Shown here: piece by piece, positions 22,801 to 37,800 of the stretch | Numbering within the stretch: position 1 is the first letter of the stretch | Layout: the number at the start of each line of letters is the position of its first letter | Source of the DNA: Gnetum montanum | Lineage: Eukaryota > Plantae > Gnetophyta | Assembly: GCA_015680685.1 (NCBI GenBank) | Contig: MNCI01000967.1 | Coordinates: forward strand, 534,521 to 598,520 | Length of the DNA: 64,000 nucleotides | Direction: 5' to 3' | Translations under genes and position numbers: made by a program | Notes under the pieces: generated by a model | Seen by the model: the letters and a program-made list of their open reading frames with translations, nothing else | The model's database searches: none | Told to the model about the DNA's origin: nothing

Positions 22801-25800
22801 ACTAATAATTCATTTGAGCCTACTCATTTGAGCCATCCTTATTCAAAAGTCATCTCTCTCTCTCTCTCTCTCTCTCTAAGCATCCTAACCCATTGAGCCT
22901 ACCCATCCCCCAACTCAATCAATCAATTCATCAGCCTCTACAAACCCAACCTAATCTCATCTTTGAAAGATAAGATGCTAATCCCCCCTACATCCCCCCT
23001 ACATTTCTTGGTCTTGCAATGTTCTCCTACCACACCAATTGAAGCTTTGATCCCCCTTCCCCCCTAACTAGATAAATGTTCAAATAATTTGATTAATCTT
23101 TTAGATAGCACCAACCGATGAAATAGCCATGGAAGCCATGAACCTTGCCACGACCATAAGAATCGAAGACGCCAACAACATCTTACCCTTACACAATAGG
23201 AACCAGTTAACCCAAAGCACAGTCTTTTGTTGTACCCTCTGAATCAGCACTGTCCAAGGCTTCTGACGATGCCATTCAAAAATGGGGATTCCCAAATAAG
23301 AGTCTTTGGAGAGTCTTGGCAAAATTTCCAACATTTGAGAAATCCTTCCTCTAACTTCCGTTGCCATGTTGATCATGTGTATAGCTGACTTAGTTTTGTT
23401 GATCTCCAACCCCACTTCTTGTCCCAAATGCAACATGGCCCTCAGAAGCACCGCATCATGAGGCACTATAGCCCACGAAAAAAAATAGTGTCATCCACGT
23501 ATTGTTGAGCAAGACAACATGCTTCAGCAATTTCCACGCCTCTCATCCCCTCAGAAATGCAATAGTGTTGCAGTAAATCCATCATTAGAATGAATAGCGG
23601 GGACAATGGATAACCTTGCCATAGGCCCCTTCCTAGTGTATGGAACCCCCAAAGTCTTCCATCCACATGGAAAAAGTACTTACCCGAACTTTGTAAATGA
23701 ATACATAGTTTAATGAAATTAGGGCTAACCCTTTATGAATCATTACCTCCTCCATGGCCTCCCAACTCACTGTGTCATAAGCTTTCATGATGTCCACTTT
23801 GACGCACATTCCCGAGAAGCCACTACATTGAAAAGAGTGTAGTGTCTCCTACATTAAGAGAACCTAGTCCTAAAGAATCCTACCCACCACAAAACAACTC
23901 CTTTTGCACTTGCCACCACCTCAACAAGCTATTGAATGTAGCCAACAACTTCTCCCCAAGAACATTTGCAAACTCCCTGAAGAACTCTATAGGCCACCGA
24001 TTCAGCCCCGATGCCTTATTTGATTTCATAGATCTCATGGCTGTGTCCAATTCCAATCTTGAAAACAGCCTTAGCAATGCCTAATTATCTACGTCCCCTA
24101 GCACCCGCTAAATAGGAATCAAAATTTCCCTCAAATCTCTTCTTTGCCAAATGTTCGCCCAATACCATCGCACCACCTCTTGAGCACCCCCAACCGATTC
24201 CCGCTCCAACACCATATGCAACTTTTGCTTAAGCCATCGCAAAGAAGAAACACATGTTGCAGTCTCCCTCTTTTAGCAAATTAATCCATGCCTGTTGTCG
24301 TGTGTAACTCTCCTCCTCTAGCAACAACTCTTGCAGCACTTCCTTCTCCTCGTCGGCTAGGTCAACCCCGCTCTCTTGCCTCGTTTGAGGCTCCTACAAT
24401 CTGGCCTACAACTGTGAACAGTGCACACTAAAATTGTATTCGTCCTCAAATGCCTTGGCACAAATTCGTTGCTTGAGAATCCACAGCCCCTATTTTGGGA
24501 AATCTCTAGGCTCATGATCAAGAGAAAATTCCTACCATATATCCTCAACCAACGGCCTTAAACATGCCTTCCCCAGCCACATGTGCTCAAAAAGAAAAGG
24601 CCTAGGAAAATATCCTTGCAAACTCCCAACCTAACACAAAATGGACCAGTGATCCAACGCCTACCTTTCCCACCCCATCACCTGAATATCAAGCTCCAGT
24701 ACCATCCTTTTACTAACCCACACCCAATCAATCACAATTGGACCCAATCTTTCCCCTTCCTCCTGTTACTCCACATAAAATGACAACCCACTATCTCCAT
24801 ATCAACCAACATGTGCTCTATCAAAAACTCGATGCACTCAACCGCACACCCCTTTGTAATCTTGAACCAACCAGCCTAAGCCAACTACAACGGTGGTTGC
24901 AGCCCTTTCAATTTTGCCTTTGCCCAAACCCTACAGTCCACTACCAAATGTCCCGGTTTCCCACAAACTGAGCATCCTTCCTTCTTTGTCACCAAAGGCT
25001 TCAACTCTCCAAAGTTCTCGTACTCAGATCGTCTTTGCCCCGGAAGGAAGATCTAACACAACCTCTTTCACCATGTCTTTTGATGACATAGGCCGCCAAA
25101 CACAAAAGCACACAAACCCCATGCACTCCATAGATCTGCTAAAATGGTAAAGCATAATGAAATCCCCAAAAAAACCCACAAGGGTTTCCAAGAAATCTGA
25201 CATCCACCATTCCCAAGGGACCCTCGACATCGAATCCACAGTGGTGCTCTACTAAACAAGTCCTCCTCTCTATAGGCACTTGACCTCCATGGGGTCAAAG
25301 CAAGCCCATGGGCCCCCCACCAAGACTACGTCCCAATCTACCATCGAAGAAAAAATGAAGAGCAACAACTCTTCTAATAGACAGCGCACTCCAATATCCA
25401 CCAAACCCCAAGCCTGATGCACCCACTGCTTGATCAAGTCCAAACAAGGCCTCATGCTACTAGAGACAAATTTCCGATGAGGCTCAGCTCCATCATTTTT
25501 ATTCCATCTGTCAAGGGTCCATGAGCTTTCAGTGTCATACACCCCTCCTGCCTGGAACAAGAGTTAACCCCACCGACACGCAACTTCCATCCTCCTGACA
25601 ACATTATCCTCCACTCCCTAGATTGAGGCAACCACACTACCTGACCCCACGCCCTCCACTCCACCCCCACCNAATGTGGCAAACTAATTATAAATTCTAG
25701 AATTTTGTAATTCACCTTGAAACTACAAAGAACCTTTCATTTTTATTAAATTATAAAACATACATAATCAATATTCAACATATCAATGATATCATAAAGA

Positions 25801-28800
25801 ATCAATATTCAAAGCCTCTATGTGACTATGTGACATGTATAGCATTAACATATTCATTAGAACTAAGCATACCTGGCTTTCTAGAACTGTTCCACCTTGT
25901 AATTCCTTCAAGTTGTTCTCTCGCAGAGTTGTTCCACTACTAACAAGGTCTAAAATTGCATCAGCTATTCCCATCTACACAGTCAAATTTAGGACTTATA
26001 AGTATAGAAACAAGCTTAGACATCCATAAGCTAGTTATAATACAAAAGACTTATGGAAATAATGTCAATCACGCGAACTCAAGAAGAATGTCTAGATTTA
26101 GGTGTCATCACACAATGTAGAATTATCACTAGCGGCATCTAGTGAGCCAAATAAACATGCACAAACATAAAAATGTGTGCATGTCCTACGCTTTTGTTTT
26201 CAACGTGTGAAAAAACACTTTATAATAATAATAACAACGTAGAGAGACCAGAAATTGATAGAAATATTAGCAATCAATCAAGGATCATGACCACGGAATA
26301 TAAAAAGAAATGTCTGCATATTTTCATATTGGAATAAAAAATCAATTAACAGGTTTCCCGGATGCTTCTATATAATAATTACTGAGCTGCTTTTAATATC
26401 CTACACAATTTCTAGGCTGATACTATCCTTTAATCAACTCATGGGGATTAATGTCAAGCCATGAACTACAAACCTCAAGAAGCCATGTTTTCCAACTTCC
26501 AATTTTCCAAGCAGAAACATAAAAGTTCGTGCACAACAATATTACCAAATATATGCTTCCTAGAAGGAAAACCTAATTTATAGCTTGATGTCTGCTTGAT
26601 TTTTTTGTTCAGGAAAATTTTCCAGAGGGACTTATATAAATTATTTATTTATACAAAGCAGTATACGCAGCATTGCTGACAATTTCAAGTAAGAAAGGTT
26701 TCAAATTAGTAAGTACTTAAGCATGTTACTTTTATATAAATAAAAACTAGGAGATCTTACAGCAGGGGAAGCTTCTAATGCTCCATCAGCTGTAGAGAAT
26801 TCAACATGTTTCAGTCCATTCTCCTTTGCAAACTTTTTACCAAGCTGCAAAAATAATGATCACAAGTTTCACCATAAATATTGCCAAATTATATCTCAAC
26901 CACAGACCTTGTAAGATAAGAAACTAGATATAATTATGTGGCTCATAAAAAATAGACTTAACATTAGTTCACATAAACTTCAAAGACAGTTCTTGTTAGA
27001 TGAATTCAAAATCAAAATTCAAGTCCTATATGCAAAACTTTTATTAGAAGCTAATATGTTGCCATTGGAAGCTAAGGCAATGGTTCAGTTATTAAAAATC
27101 TATTTGAATAATAAACATAACAATAAGATTTCAGGAGAGAACATTCAAAAATCTCAGTAACAAGGATGATATGAGAAAGTAAAATATGGCTACAAAAAAG
27201 GAGTATGAAAAGTTTTCATGCAATAATCAATTCAGAAAAGAACCAGAAAATTGTTAAAGAGATACCTCAGCGAGGCAAAATGAAGCACAACCAAACAAGA
27301 CTTCAATTTTATTGGAAAAACATTAGAACTAGCATGCACAATGAAGTGGAATATTTATATGCACCTATTCCTATATCTATGTGAACACTAATTTGTTAGA
27401 ATGGATAACATCACCTTTGAGTTAAAAATCAAAAATAAAATAATGCGCAATATGAAAACAAAACATTAGGGACCATCATTTGGAATAACCGTAAGTTGCT
27501 TGTTTCTCAAGTCATAAGACCTAGGTTCAAGCCTAGGCACAATGACCTAAAATAAGGTTGAGCTTTCATTCATCTACTGGCCTTCCCAAGACCCTACTTG
27601 GCAGGACAAGCATTGAACCTTCCAGTGATGACCCTATGAGGATGAAACATGCCATTTGTGTCTACTGCAAGTGGTAGGAGATGAGCAACCTATATCACTA
27701 GAATATTGGAAAACAGATTTCTTTAAAAGAAAATGGCAAAATTCAAGTCAAACTTTGTACATGGCATTCAAGCAACCAGTGTTAGTTCCAGGTCATTATA
27801 TAGAAGTATTTCAACTACAAGAATATTGGACACATATTTATGTAGTACTCAAGATTTATTGCTACAGCTGTACTTTGTACAAACTACAAACTAATTTGTC
27901 TGACAAATCCCTTAGGTCTATACAAATATAATTAAACTTCAGTTTGGTTTCAATTTCATAAATGATATTTTGTATTAAACAATATACATAGCTATATCCA
28001 GTGACAATCCGTAAAGGTCTTTCAGCTGTCCACAATGGCAATGCTGATAAGTCTTCCATTGACGAAACATTTGCAAAAATACCATCCTTTGGTACCTGCA
28101 AAATTTTCACAGATAACAATCTAAATGATTTTGTAATGTGTCGTACGTAAGAACAACTAATAAGATAATCAGTGGTACAAAGAACTTTACCGCTATAGAC
28201 AGGCGACATTCACCGAACTCAAGAGCATCATGAACAAGAATCAGGTCGTCACTATCCTGTTAAACAATAAAAGATCATAAACAGAATGTGTTAATGACGC
28301 TTTACTAGTATCATTATTAAGATCATATAGAATAATTTTTACAGTACATAAACGTACATAAATTACAATTTGAATTTATTAACTAAGGTAATCACTAAGA
28401 ACTTTCAGGAGATATTGTTAAATACATGCAATGCTTCTAAACAAAATCACCTGCCCTGTATAATATATTGTTGAGGAGAAGAGGGAATTGCAAAGATGAA
28501 AGGTACAGAAATGATATTGCAGGCCAAGGAACAATCTTAAACAAACTTTGGTTTTCAAGTCTACAAAAAGGTCTGTAGGGCTGCATCATGCAAGTGGACA
28601 AATCCACAAACCTGCCAAGTATGCATTGCACAAGTATGGAAATGCATGCCAGGGGCATTGATGCTTTTTCAGCCATTTCAACTTTGGAAGATACTAGACT
28701 AAACAGTAGCCTGTAAGGATTGATATCACATGTCTAAATGTTCCTTCTGTAAATGGAAAGAACAGGCTTAAATCTAGGTTTGAATGTAGCATGCATATTT

Positions 28801-31800
28801 TGATTCTTCAAAAGAAGCCTACCTGTGTTAGATTCTATGCTCTAATGTATCCTCATTGGCATTTTGTTTAGTCAGTTCTATGTTTTCATATGGTGGAGCA
28901 TGACCATGAATCAATCACTTTTATTTTAAAAGTCAAATTTGGAAATCTTTATGTTTAAACATAGGCCAAAGTGAAAGATAGCTAAGCCTCGCTTCACAAA
29001 AGCATTAATGTCCATTCCATGTTGCTTCAGAATGAGGTGTTAACCTAGTGGTAATGGTCTAGGCCTAGTAACCTCAGGTCACAGGTTCAATTCTACTGGG
29101 TAGCACTGAGTTATAAATTTTGAAACTGGTCCGATTGATCCAAGGGGTGTCAGTGAATATAAGTAAAAATTTCAGTTTCAGAGACATAAATTGATGAACC
29201 AAGATAAGAAACATGTAATGTTGAATCAAAAAATGAAACAAAATGCTGCTGAATCTTATTCAAAAAGTGTTTGTTGAAATTTCATTGATGACTCTGTAAA
29301 TTTCTGTGTTTAATCCTTGTTGAATGTGTTAAAAGCTGTTGAACTATGCTCAAATCCATTCTCTGCTGACAAATTGTAGTTAGAATTCTCTATTATATTT
29401 CAGAATGATGAGATAGATGAACGATTAATGCTTGTTTCATAAAAGAACGTTGAAGATTCTGCAAAAGCTTCTTAGATCCATATTGATTTCTCTCAAAATC
29501 TTTGATACATGAAACATTGAAGTTTATATTTTTATTCTCTAATATACAATTCTCAAATCTGAGTCACATTAGATGAAAATTCTCAGATACATAAGCTCTT
29601 GATGTTAGATTAAAATTCTCAGATACCTAAGCTCCTGATGTTAGATTGATTCATACACATACTAAAGCTCCTGATGTTAGATTGGTTAAGACACGTACTA
29701 AACAAGGATAATATCCTTGAAAAGGCATTATCACAATAGGGTGTTAGCTTAATGGTAAAAGTCTTGTCATGGAAACCCCACGTCGCACACTCAGTCACAT
29801 ATTCAATTACACTAGACAACACCTAGTTCTGAACAAATTCTGTCAAAGAAATTCCGAAATTAGTGTCGTCTAACAAATCCAAGAGGATCTCAACTGTTAA
29901 TAATCATCAGTGGTAATAAAACCTCAAAGTTTGAACAAAGATTTGTTTCTCTAAAGTTCACATAGGTTCAAGTCATTTTTCCTCAAAACAGAGAATCATG
30001 GCCTCTATCACAACCCTTCGCTGCTTGGGATTTAGATCCTAATTCTTACAAAGAGGAAAATTCCAAACAAAAAGTACAGTGACCATTGTAACAATTTGCA
30101 ATTTTCCAGTGACAACCTCCAGATTTGATTGTGATTCTTCATTTCTTTAAAAAAATTAAAAATGAAAGGAAAAACTAAAAATCAGTCTGTGAACGTATTG
30201 TGATTCACTCATGAATGCTTTCACAACCCCATCCAACTAGAAAGCCAACTTGCAATTCTACTTGCAGTTTGTCAAAAAACCAAAAAAGAATCAGAACCAT
30301 TGTGGCCCCTGCATTTCTACATGTAACCTTAATATTCTATTAAATATTTGATTTGAACTTATTTTGAAGCTTATATATAGTTGGAGATATGCTTATTTTG
30401 ATTCAGTGATTAAGAAATTTTATTATTTATTCATACCTTCTTTCAAATTATTTAATAATTTAAGATAGTAAAATATAATTTTATTAACAAATGAGATGGT
30501 AAAGTCCAACATTTCTCCAGAATAATACTTAGATCCATGGTTAATTTTGGCATTTTATTAGAATTTTTAATTTATTGAATACTTTAATTAATAACTTTTT
30601 CTCAAAAATGTAAGTTGTTAGTTTGCACTCAAATTTGATGGACTAGCTTGATTTTAGATGTATAGTATAAAAATATATAATTAGTTTTTTTTATTTGAAT
30701 CCTAAATTTTAAGATTTTAATGTTAAATAGTTAACAATGCCTTGCAAATCTATATTTTCTTTAGCTCCATTAAAATATTAATTTCTAATATGGCAATTAT
30801 AGTATATTTGTGCGTGGTTTAACAGGCTCAACATGTGCTAAACATTGGATATGTACAAAGTTTAATATCAATGTCTTTTGGTAGCCAAACTATGAAAATT
30901 GTGAAAAATAGATATAAAGGGACAAAAATAAATTAGAAACTGTCTTACTCTTGTAAAGCTAAAGTGACTTAAAAAATGACCCACAAGTGAAAAGTAAATG
31001 AGAAAAAGTAAGTACGATGCTGATGTGTGTTTGATGTTACTACTTCACATACTTATGATGACATCTATTTTTAATATGTATTTGTCTACTTCATAATAAT
31101 GGCTAAAAAGGGATAACTGACTCATTTAATAGGGATCTTTAGGCTCTCCCAGGTGTTTCACTCTTACATGTCCACTTGCTCATAAGCTTGTTGTCCAAGT
31201 CAAGTAGTCATCATGTCAGGAATTTAAAAAAAAAGTGAGAGACTTTTCAGAAGAATGGATTATCTAATGTTTGCCCATTCTATAAATGTTTGTACACAAG
31301 CCTTGCCCAGTCCATGAGGTCTCCTTCATCCTATAAATAGAGAAGGTTTTGCTCTTGGTTTTACCCTTTCATCAAGTGGGGGAGACTATACTAGTTTGAC
31401 AAATGAGAAAGAAAAAGAAAGGAGAATGCATGTGGTTGTTCATTGCTTGTTCTTAGCCTGTCTTTTAAGCTCACTCTTGGGCTGTCTTGAATGGTCTATT
31501 TGGGTTCTTGGTGGAGGCTTGGGAAGTGAAACTTGCTGCTACTAATGAAAGATATTTGTGGCTTATTTTGGAGATTGTTGAGTTGATTCTAAGGATTCTC
31601 TTGAGCTGATTTTCTTGGAGGATTCTAGCTGCACCTTGGGCTTCTTGTTTTGACCTGATTCTTGATTTATTGTCAGGACAACCAAAGCCTAAAATGGGTT
31701 CTTCTTCCCCAAATTGAACAACCCAGTAATTCCAAACTGTTGTTGCATTTTTATTATTGATAGGTGCTTGTTGTTTGGCTTGGACAAGTTAAGGATTATT

Positions 31801-34800
31801 TCATGAAGGCATGTGGGATTTCCTGTGTATTCTAAGTCATGCATGGGATCCATGACCAATGATCTCTTGTGTGGGCTACAAGGCCTTAGCTTTTTATAGG
31901 TGTTTGATACATACTTATGAAGATCAGATCAAATCAGATTGCAAATTGTTTTTTCATTCCTAAGATTCCAGACTGCACATCACAATTTGAAATTGCATAG
32001 AAACACAATATTCAAAAACATTTAAAAAATGTCAAATTTTTAATCATTTTGAAAAGTATATGTAGTTGAGAAGATAAAAAATTGAAAATCTATAAACACA
32101 ATATATTCAACTTCAAAATGGAAATTTCTAAACATATTAATAGAACAAGATTGCATAGTATTCACTGTCAACTAAAACAAATGGGCTGAAGAATGTCTGA
32201 AATTAACTGTTGAAGTAACTCAAAATGAGTTGAAGAATGCACTGCTAAGCTCTCCAAGAATGCACTGTGCTCCAAATCCATTACCCCTTGCAGAAGAATG
32301 TGCACTCAAAGTGCCAAAAACCTTAAAACTACAGTGATGCATATCCAAAATTTTCTATGCTCATTCTTTCTACTTTCATAGCTGTATTAAGTTCCAAAAT
32401 TTATTGTTTGGATGGTATTTTAATATTTAAAGAAATGTTTAACATTGAAAAAGTATTAATTGGTGTTTTTAAAGATTTTATTTTGATAAAGTTGTATATT
32501 ATTTTTTTAACATGCAATATTGGACCATTGGAATCATCTGAAATCACAATTCCTAGATCATGATCTGAAATCATGATTTTTGATACAACATCAAAAGTCC
32601 AACCTAGATTGTAATCCGGTACCAATCTTCATAAAGTATGGTTCAATGATGTTAGCCCCCCACCATTTTATTTATTCTCAATGTTCTTCTACTATGGTTT
32701 ACATGATGTCATAGGGTTGGAGGTACTTGGTGTGTGATAGTTGGATAGCCAAACGGTACTCACCAAAATAAAAAGAATATCATGAATATTGATGATTAGT
32801 TATCTTTTGCATAATGAAATGTGAAGTGTACATGTTTTGTTTTGTTGACCATTTTCATTGTTAGTTTTGGGGGAATATGTTGAGCAAGTTAAGTCCTAAT
32901 TCATTGTTAAATGTTTTTTTTGTTCAAGCCTACAATTTCCTTCTTGTAAAAACAAGAGAGGCTGAAAATTAAGTTGTAAAGTTTGGAACAGTTTGGCAAC
33001 AGGTTAATCAATCATGGAAGTCAAGTGTTATTAAATTTCACTATTCTTAAGAAGGTAAAAGCAATGAATGTTCTATGATCATTGATAATTTAAAATACTC
33101 AATGTATATGGAAATAATCCTTCAAAAATTTTGGTCATAACAGGTTGTTCCTTTACCTATTACACTTCTTCTCTTTCTTCTAAACACACACTTGACTTGA
33201 CACTGGCTAAACTTTTAACTTGATGAAGAGTCATGACTCAGATAAAATGACACAACTTACCACTTTACTGGTTTACCAATTAATATGACTGTAAGCAAAT
33301 TTGTATAATTGTAGGCCTTACAAATTTCATAAAATAAATTAGTACTATTTACAAAACATCTTCTCATTTACAAGATGACTTAATGACTTACAAATTGACT
33401 CACACTTGTCACAGAGTAAAACTTAACTCAATGTTACTAAAACTTAACTTAATTTGGACATGTATGAATTACATTCTAATTCTCCTTAATTCATACTTGT
33501 TTCCAAATATAATACCTATGCTTCATAAAGCAGTATGAAGTGTTTGAGTCTTGATAGAGTTGTTGGAGGATGCCTACTCCACAAGTCATATCATGCTCTT
33601 ATGCTCCTCCTCCCTCGCTACTAAGGTGAAGTGGTGCTATAGAGAGGTACTCTCAGAATGCCTCAAATGGTTGCTTTGATAAGACTTTCGTAAAGCCATT
33701 CACCTTCTGGGACTTGGTTAAAATATATTGTACGTTGATGAACTTTTCTTGATATTTTTATCTTACAAAGTGCACACTTATCTCTATGTGATTACTCTTG
33801 TTGTGGTACACTGGATTTTGTACTACCTTGATTGCCACTTGATTATCATAGTGCATTGTAATAGGCTTTGGCACATGTATGTCAATTTTTGTAAGGAGTT
33901 GTTCAATCCAGCTTACATGTTGGACTCCCTCACGTAAGGCTCTATATTCAGCTTCCATTGATGATAATGATACAATTCATTGCTTGCTGCATTTCCAGCT
34001 TATGGGATTTCTGTAAAGTTAAATAAAAAATCTAGCTATTAAACTTCTTTCAATTATGTCACCTCCTCAATCTGCATCAATGTATACTTCAATAACTTTT
34101 AATGAAGTTCCTACAAATACCAATGCATGAGATAAGGTATTCTTAAGGTATCATAGAATCAGGAATGTTGCTTGCATATGATGATTATTTGGGTTTTCCA
34201 TTGCCACAGCTAGTTAGTTCACAGCATATTGTATATTAGGTCTCATATTTGTAAGGTACATTAGTGCTCCAATAATCTATCTATATTCAGTAGGATCAAT
34301 CACCTCTCCATTGATGTTGATCCTAAATCCTAGTGTCATCAGAATGTATGATTCTTTGCAATCCTTCATATTTTACTTTTCCAATAGAGTTTTCATATAT
34401 TGGATTTGGAAAAGTGTTATGTCACCTGTTGTCTGATTAACTTCTATTACCAAGCAATAATGTGCCAGGCCAAGATCAGAAATATCAAATTGTAATGATA
34501 GTTGATGCTTGAGTTGTTCCACGATCTTCAAGTGGATTGCTGCTCCAATTATATCATCTACATGGAAGGCTAAAATCATTTGTAGTGTTGTTGATATACG
34601 AAATCCATGATTGATCAGAAATTGATCAATCTTTTGATACCAAACTCTTGGAGCCTATTTTAATCCATAACTGCTTTTCATAACTTACACATCATCTTCT
34701 CGTCTTTTATGAATCTTTCTCTAATTTATTTCCTTACAATTTGCATATTGTATTTTGCTAATAAATCTATTGCATATTTGGCCTGAGAAAGAGTAATGTC

Positions 34801-37800
34801 ACCTTCTCTCTAATTTATTTCTATACCCAAATAATAATGTAGTAATCATCATCATTGTCATCATCCTAGCCTTGTCCCAACAAAATGGGGTCAACTACAT
34901 GAGTTCTTTTCCACCATTCACCTCTATGAAGAGCCAGATCCTTGTTTATTTGTAGCTTCTTTAAATAATCTTAGATTGTTTTTTACTATATCTTCTTTGG
35001 TATAACTTTCAATGGCTTTCCTAGAACAGTGATGTAGCAACCTTTGTTTATAGGCCCTTCTTTGCACATGTCCAAACCATCTAAGTCATCATTCTTATAG
35101 CTTATCTAAAATAAAAGCCTAATAACGTACCAATCCTAGGTTGGAAATGTTAAATCATAATGATAGCTGATGGTTGAATTGATCCACAATCTTTTGTTCC
35201 ATTGCTACTACAATGGATACCATCCACATGGAAGGCTAGCACCATTTGTAAGGCTTTATTATCCTCAAGACATACTATTACTGTCCTTTTGTGATTTAAT
35301 GAACCCATAGTTAATTAAGAATTCATCAATCTTTTGATAGCAGACTCTAGGAGCTTGTTTCAACCCATAAATTGTCTTTCATAATTTGCATACTAGCTTG
35401 TCATCTCTTGGTAATCCTTTTGGTTGCTCCATGTATATTTCTTCTTGTAATTCTCTATAGAGAAATGCTGACTTAACATCAATTTGACAAATTTTCCACT
35501 TCATCTTGGCGAACAAGGATATGATTATTCAAAAGACAACCATACGAGCAATGAGTGCCAATGTCTCCTCATAGTCAATTCCTTTTATTTGAGAAAAGTC
35601 TTTGGCTACAAGTCTAGCTTTATACTTATCTAGTATTCCATCATTCTTAAGTTTGGTCGTAAAGACCCACCGATTCTTAATAGGCTGACGATCCTTGGGA
35701 CATGGTGCTAACTCCCAACCTCCTCTCTTTTCCATCATGGCTATTTCAACATTCATTGCCTTCTTCCAATGATCCATACTAAATGCTTTTTCCAAAGTCT
35801 TTGGAACCTCTTTACTCTAGCATCGTACCATTGGCTATGATATCATTATCATGTCATTCCTAAGATTAACTTCTCGTAAGCCTTGGCCCATTTATATCCA
35901 ACTTGGCCCAATCACTTACACTCTTAATGGTTTGTTCTCATTCTCTAGACCTCTTTTGTGCTATATTCTTTTCATCATCACCAGCATCAATGCTTTCTCC
36001 ACGATCAATTTCAGCTTCATAGTTTGATGAGTTTACTATGGTTGTATTTCTTTGGTCCATAGGACTTTCGAAATCATAGTCTGAATCATAAGATTTTGAT
36101 TTAAGATTGATTTCTTTTCAGTGTCTTCATAGGAGCTGTGTCCTATGGTTTTACAGCCCCTTCGTCCTTCCAACAATTCTTCTTCATTAAATGTAAAATC
36201 TATCATAACAACTAGCTTCTCAAGTTCTAGATCCCAAATACGACACCCTTTCATATAAATGCCATATCGAACAAGTATCCTTTTCTTACTTTATGGCTAA
36301 ATTTGGTTACATAAGGTATACGGTAGTTATACTAGACATCGAAACACACGCAAGTGCATAAGTTTAGGCTTCCTGCTATTTCATATGGTGTTTTGACATG
36401 CAAATCACAAATACATAGTGGGACTCTAATTAATGATATGCACAGTGATTCCTACAACTTCATCCCAAAAGGCATTATACAATTTAGATTGAGCTAGCAT
36501 GCATCTTAACATTTCTCCAATGGTTCTATTCTTTAATTCAACAACTCCATTTTGTTTTGGACAAAAAGGTACAGTCTTCTAATGAATAATTCCTTCTTTT
36601 CTTAGATATTCTTGAAACTCTCTACCCATGTATTGTAACCAATTGTCAATTTGTAACTTCATAATCAGAAGTTCAGTCTATTTTTCCCCTAGGGCCTTGA
36701 ATTCTTTAAAGGTCACAAATACTTCACTTTTAAACATAATGATATAAATCCAAACCTTGCAATGAAGTTGTCAATATAGGTTACAAAATACTTCGCTCCT
36801 CCAAGTGAAGTTACGTTTCAGTATGAGCCAACATATGAATGCATAATCTCCAACTTTGATTTAACTGATGATCTTCATACTAGGGGAAGCTTCAATCTTG
36901 TTTATTTTCCTATTACACATGATTTCCAAAACATGTCCCTATTTAAGTTCAACTACGGAAAATCAATGGAAATGCATTGCAATTTCTACATATAACTTTT
37001 TTTCATGTGTCCAGGTCTTGCATGCACAAAATGTTTCTCTAATAGGATGCAACTTAAAGACACTATTTGCTTCTTTTGTCTCTACTACCTTCTTTTGAGA
37101 TTTCTCTTGTAATATGGTGCATCTTCCATCCCTCTCTTGATCTTGTTCCAAAACAATTGTCCTACTTTCACTAACTCTAAAAGTAAGAGAAGATTGTGAC
37201 CTTTTAGGGCTAGTGTGCAATATACATTCTTGATCTAAACTGTTTGATCAGTAATTTTCATGCTAATATCACCAATCCCCTTATACTTACACTTGGTTCA
37301 AGTAGGTGTGGTACCTTCTCTTGCATTAATAGTACATACGTCTCAATTCCTGGAACACATCTTGAACAACCAAAATCTATGTACCATGTATTGTGCTCGA
37401 CTTTGGCCACTGAATCCTTAGTTATAATGTCCTTTATTATAGAAATCACTTCATCTTCTAGTAAACTGGCTTCATTCCTTCAATATTCACTATTGTTTCT
37501 CTATTGATTTTGTCTACTCATTCTTCTTGTCATAAACCTTTTTTGAACTATAGCAAATCTAGGATTTTTCATGTTGCACCAATAGTTCTTAAATTCATGA
37601 CCTTTTCTACCACATATGAAACAACCTCTTCTTCTATTAATGTTGTCTAACCTTTGTCCCTCATTTTCCCTGTTAAATGAATTGGTCTACCACAGTCATC
37701 CTTGTTTATTCTTTAGAGTGTACATAACTTGCTCAGTATTCTCTATTTTCTGCTCAATTTCCACCTGTGTTCCTTGTAGTTGAAGTTGAGCTATTAAGCT

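Noticed and set aside
29033-29105. Functional tRNA gene
   Set aside because: Acceptor stem does not pair and copies are diverged; treated as SINE-like
30400-30850. Possible hAT transposase C-terminal relic
   Set aside because: Only a vague DGLA-like motif, no TIRs identified
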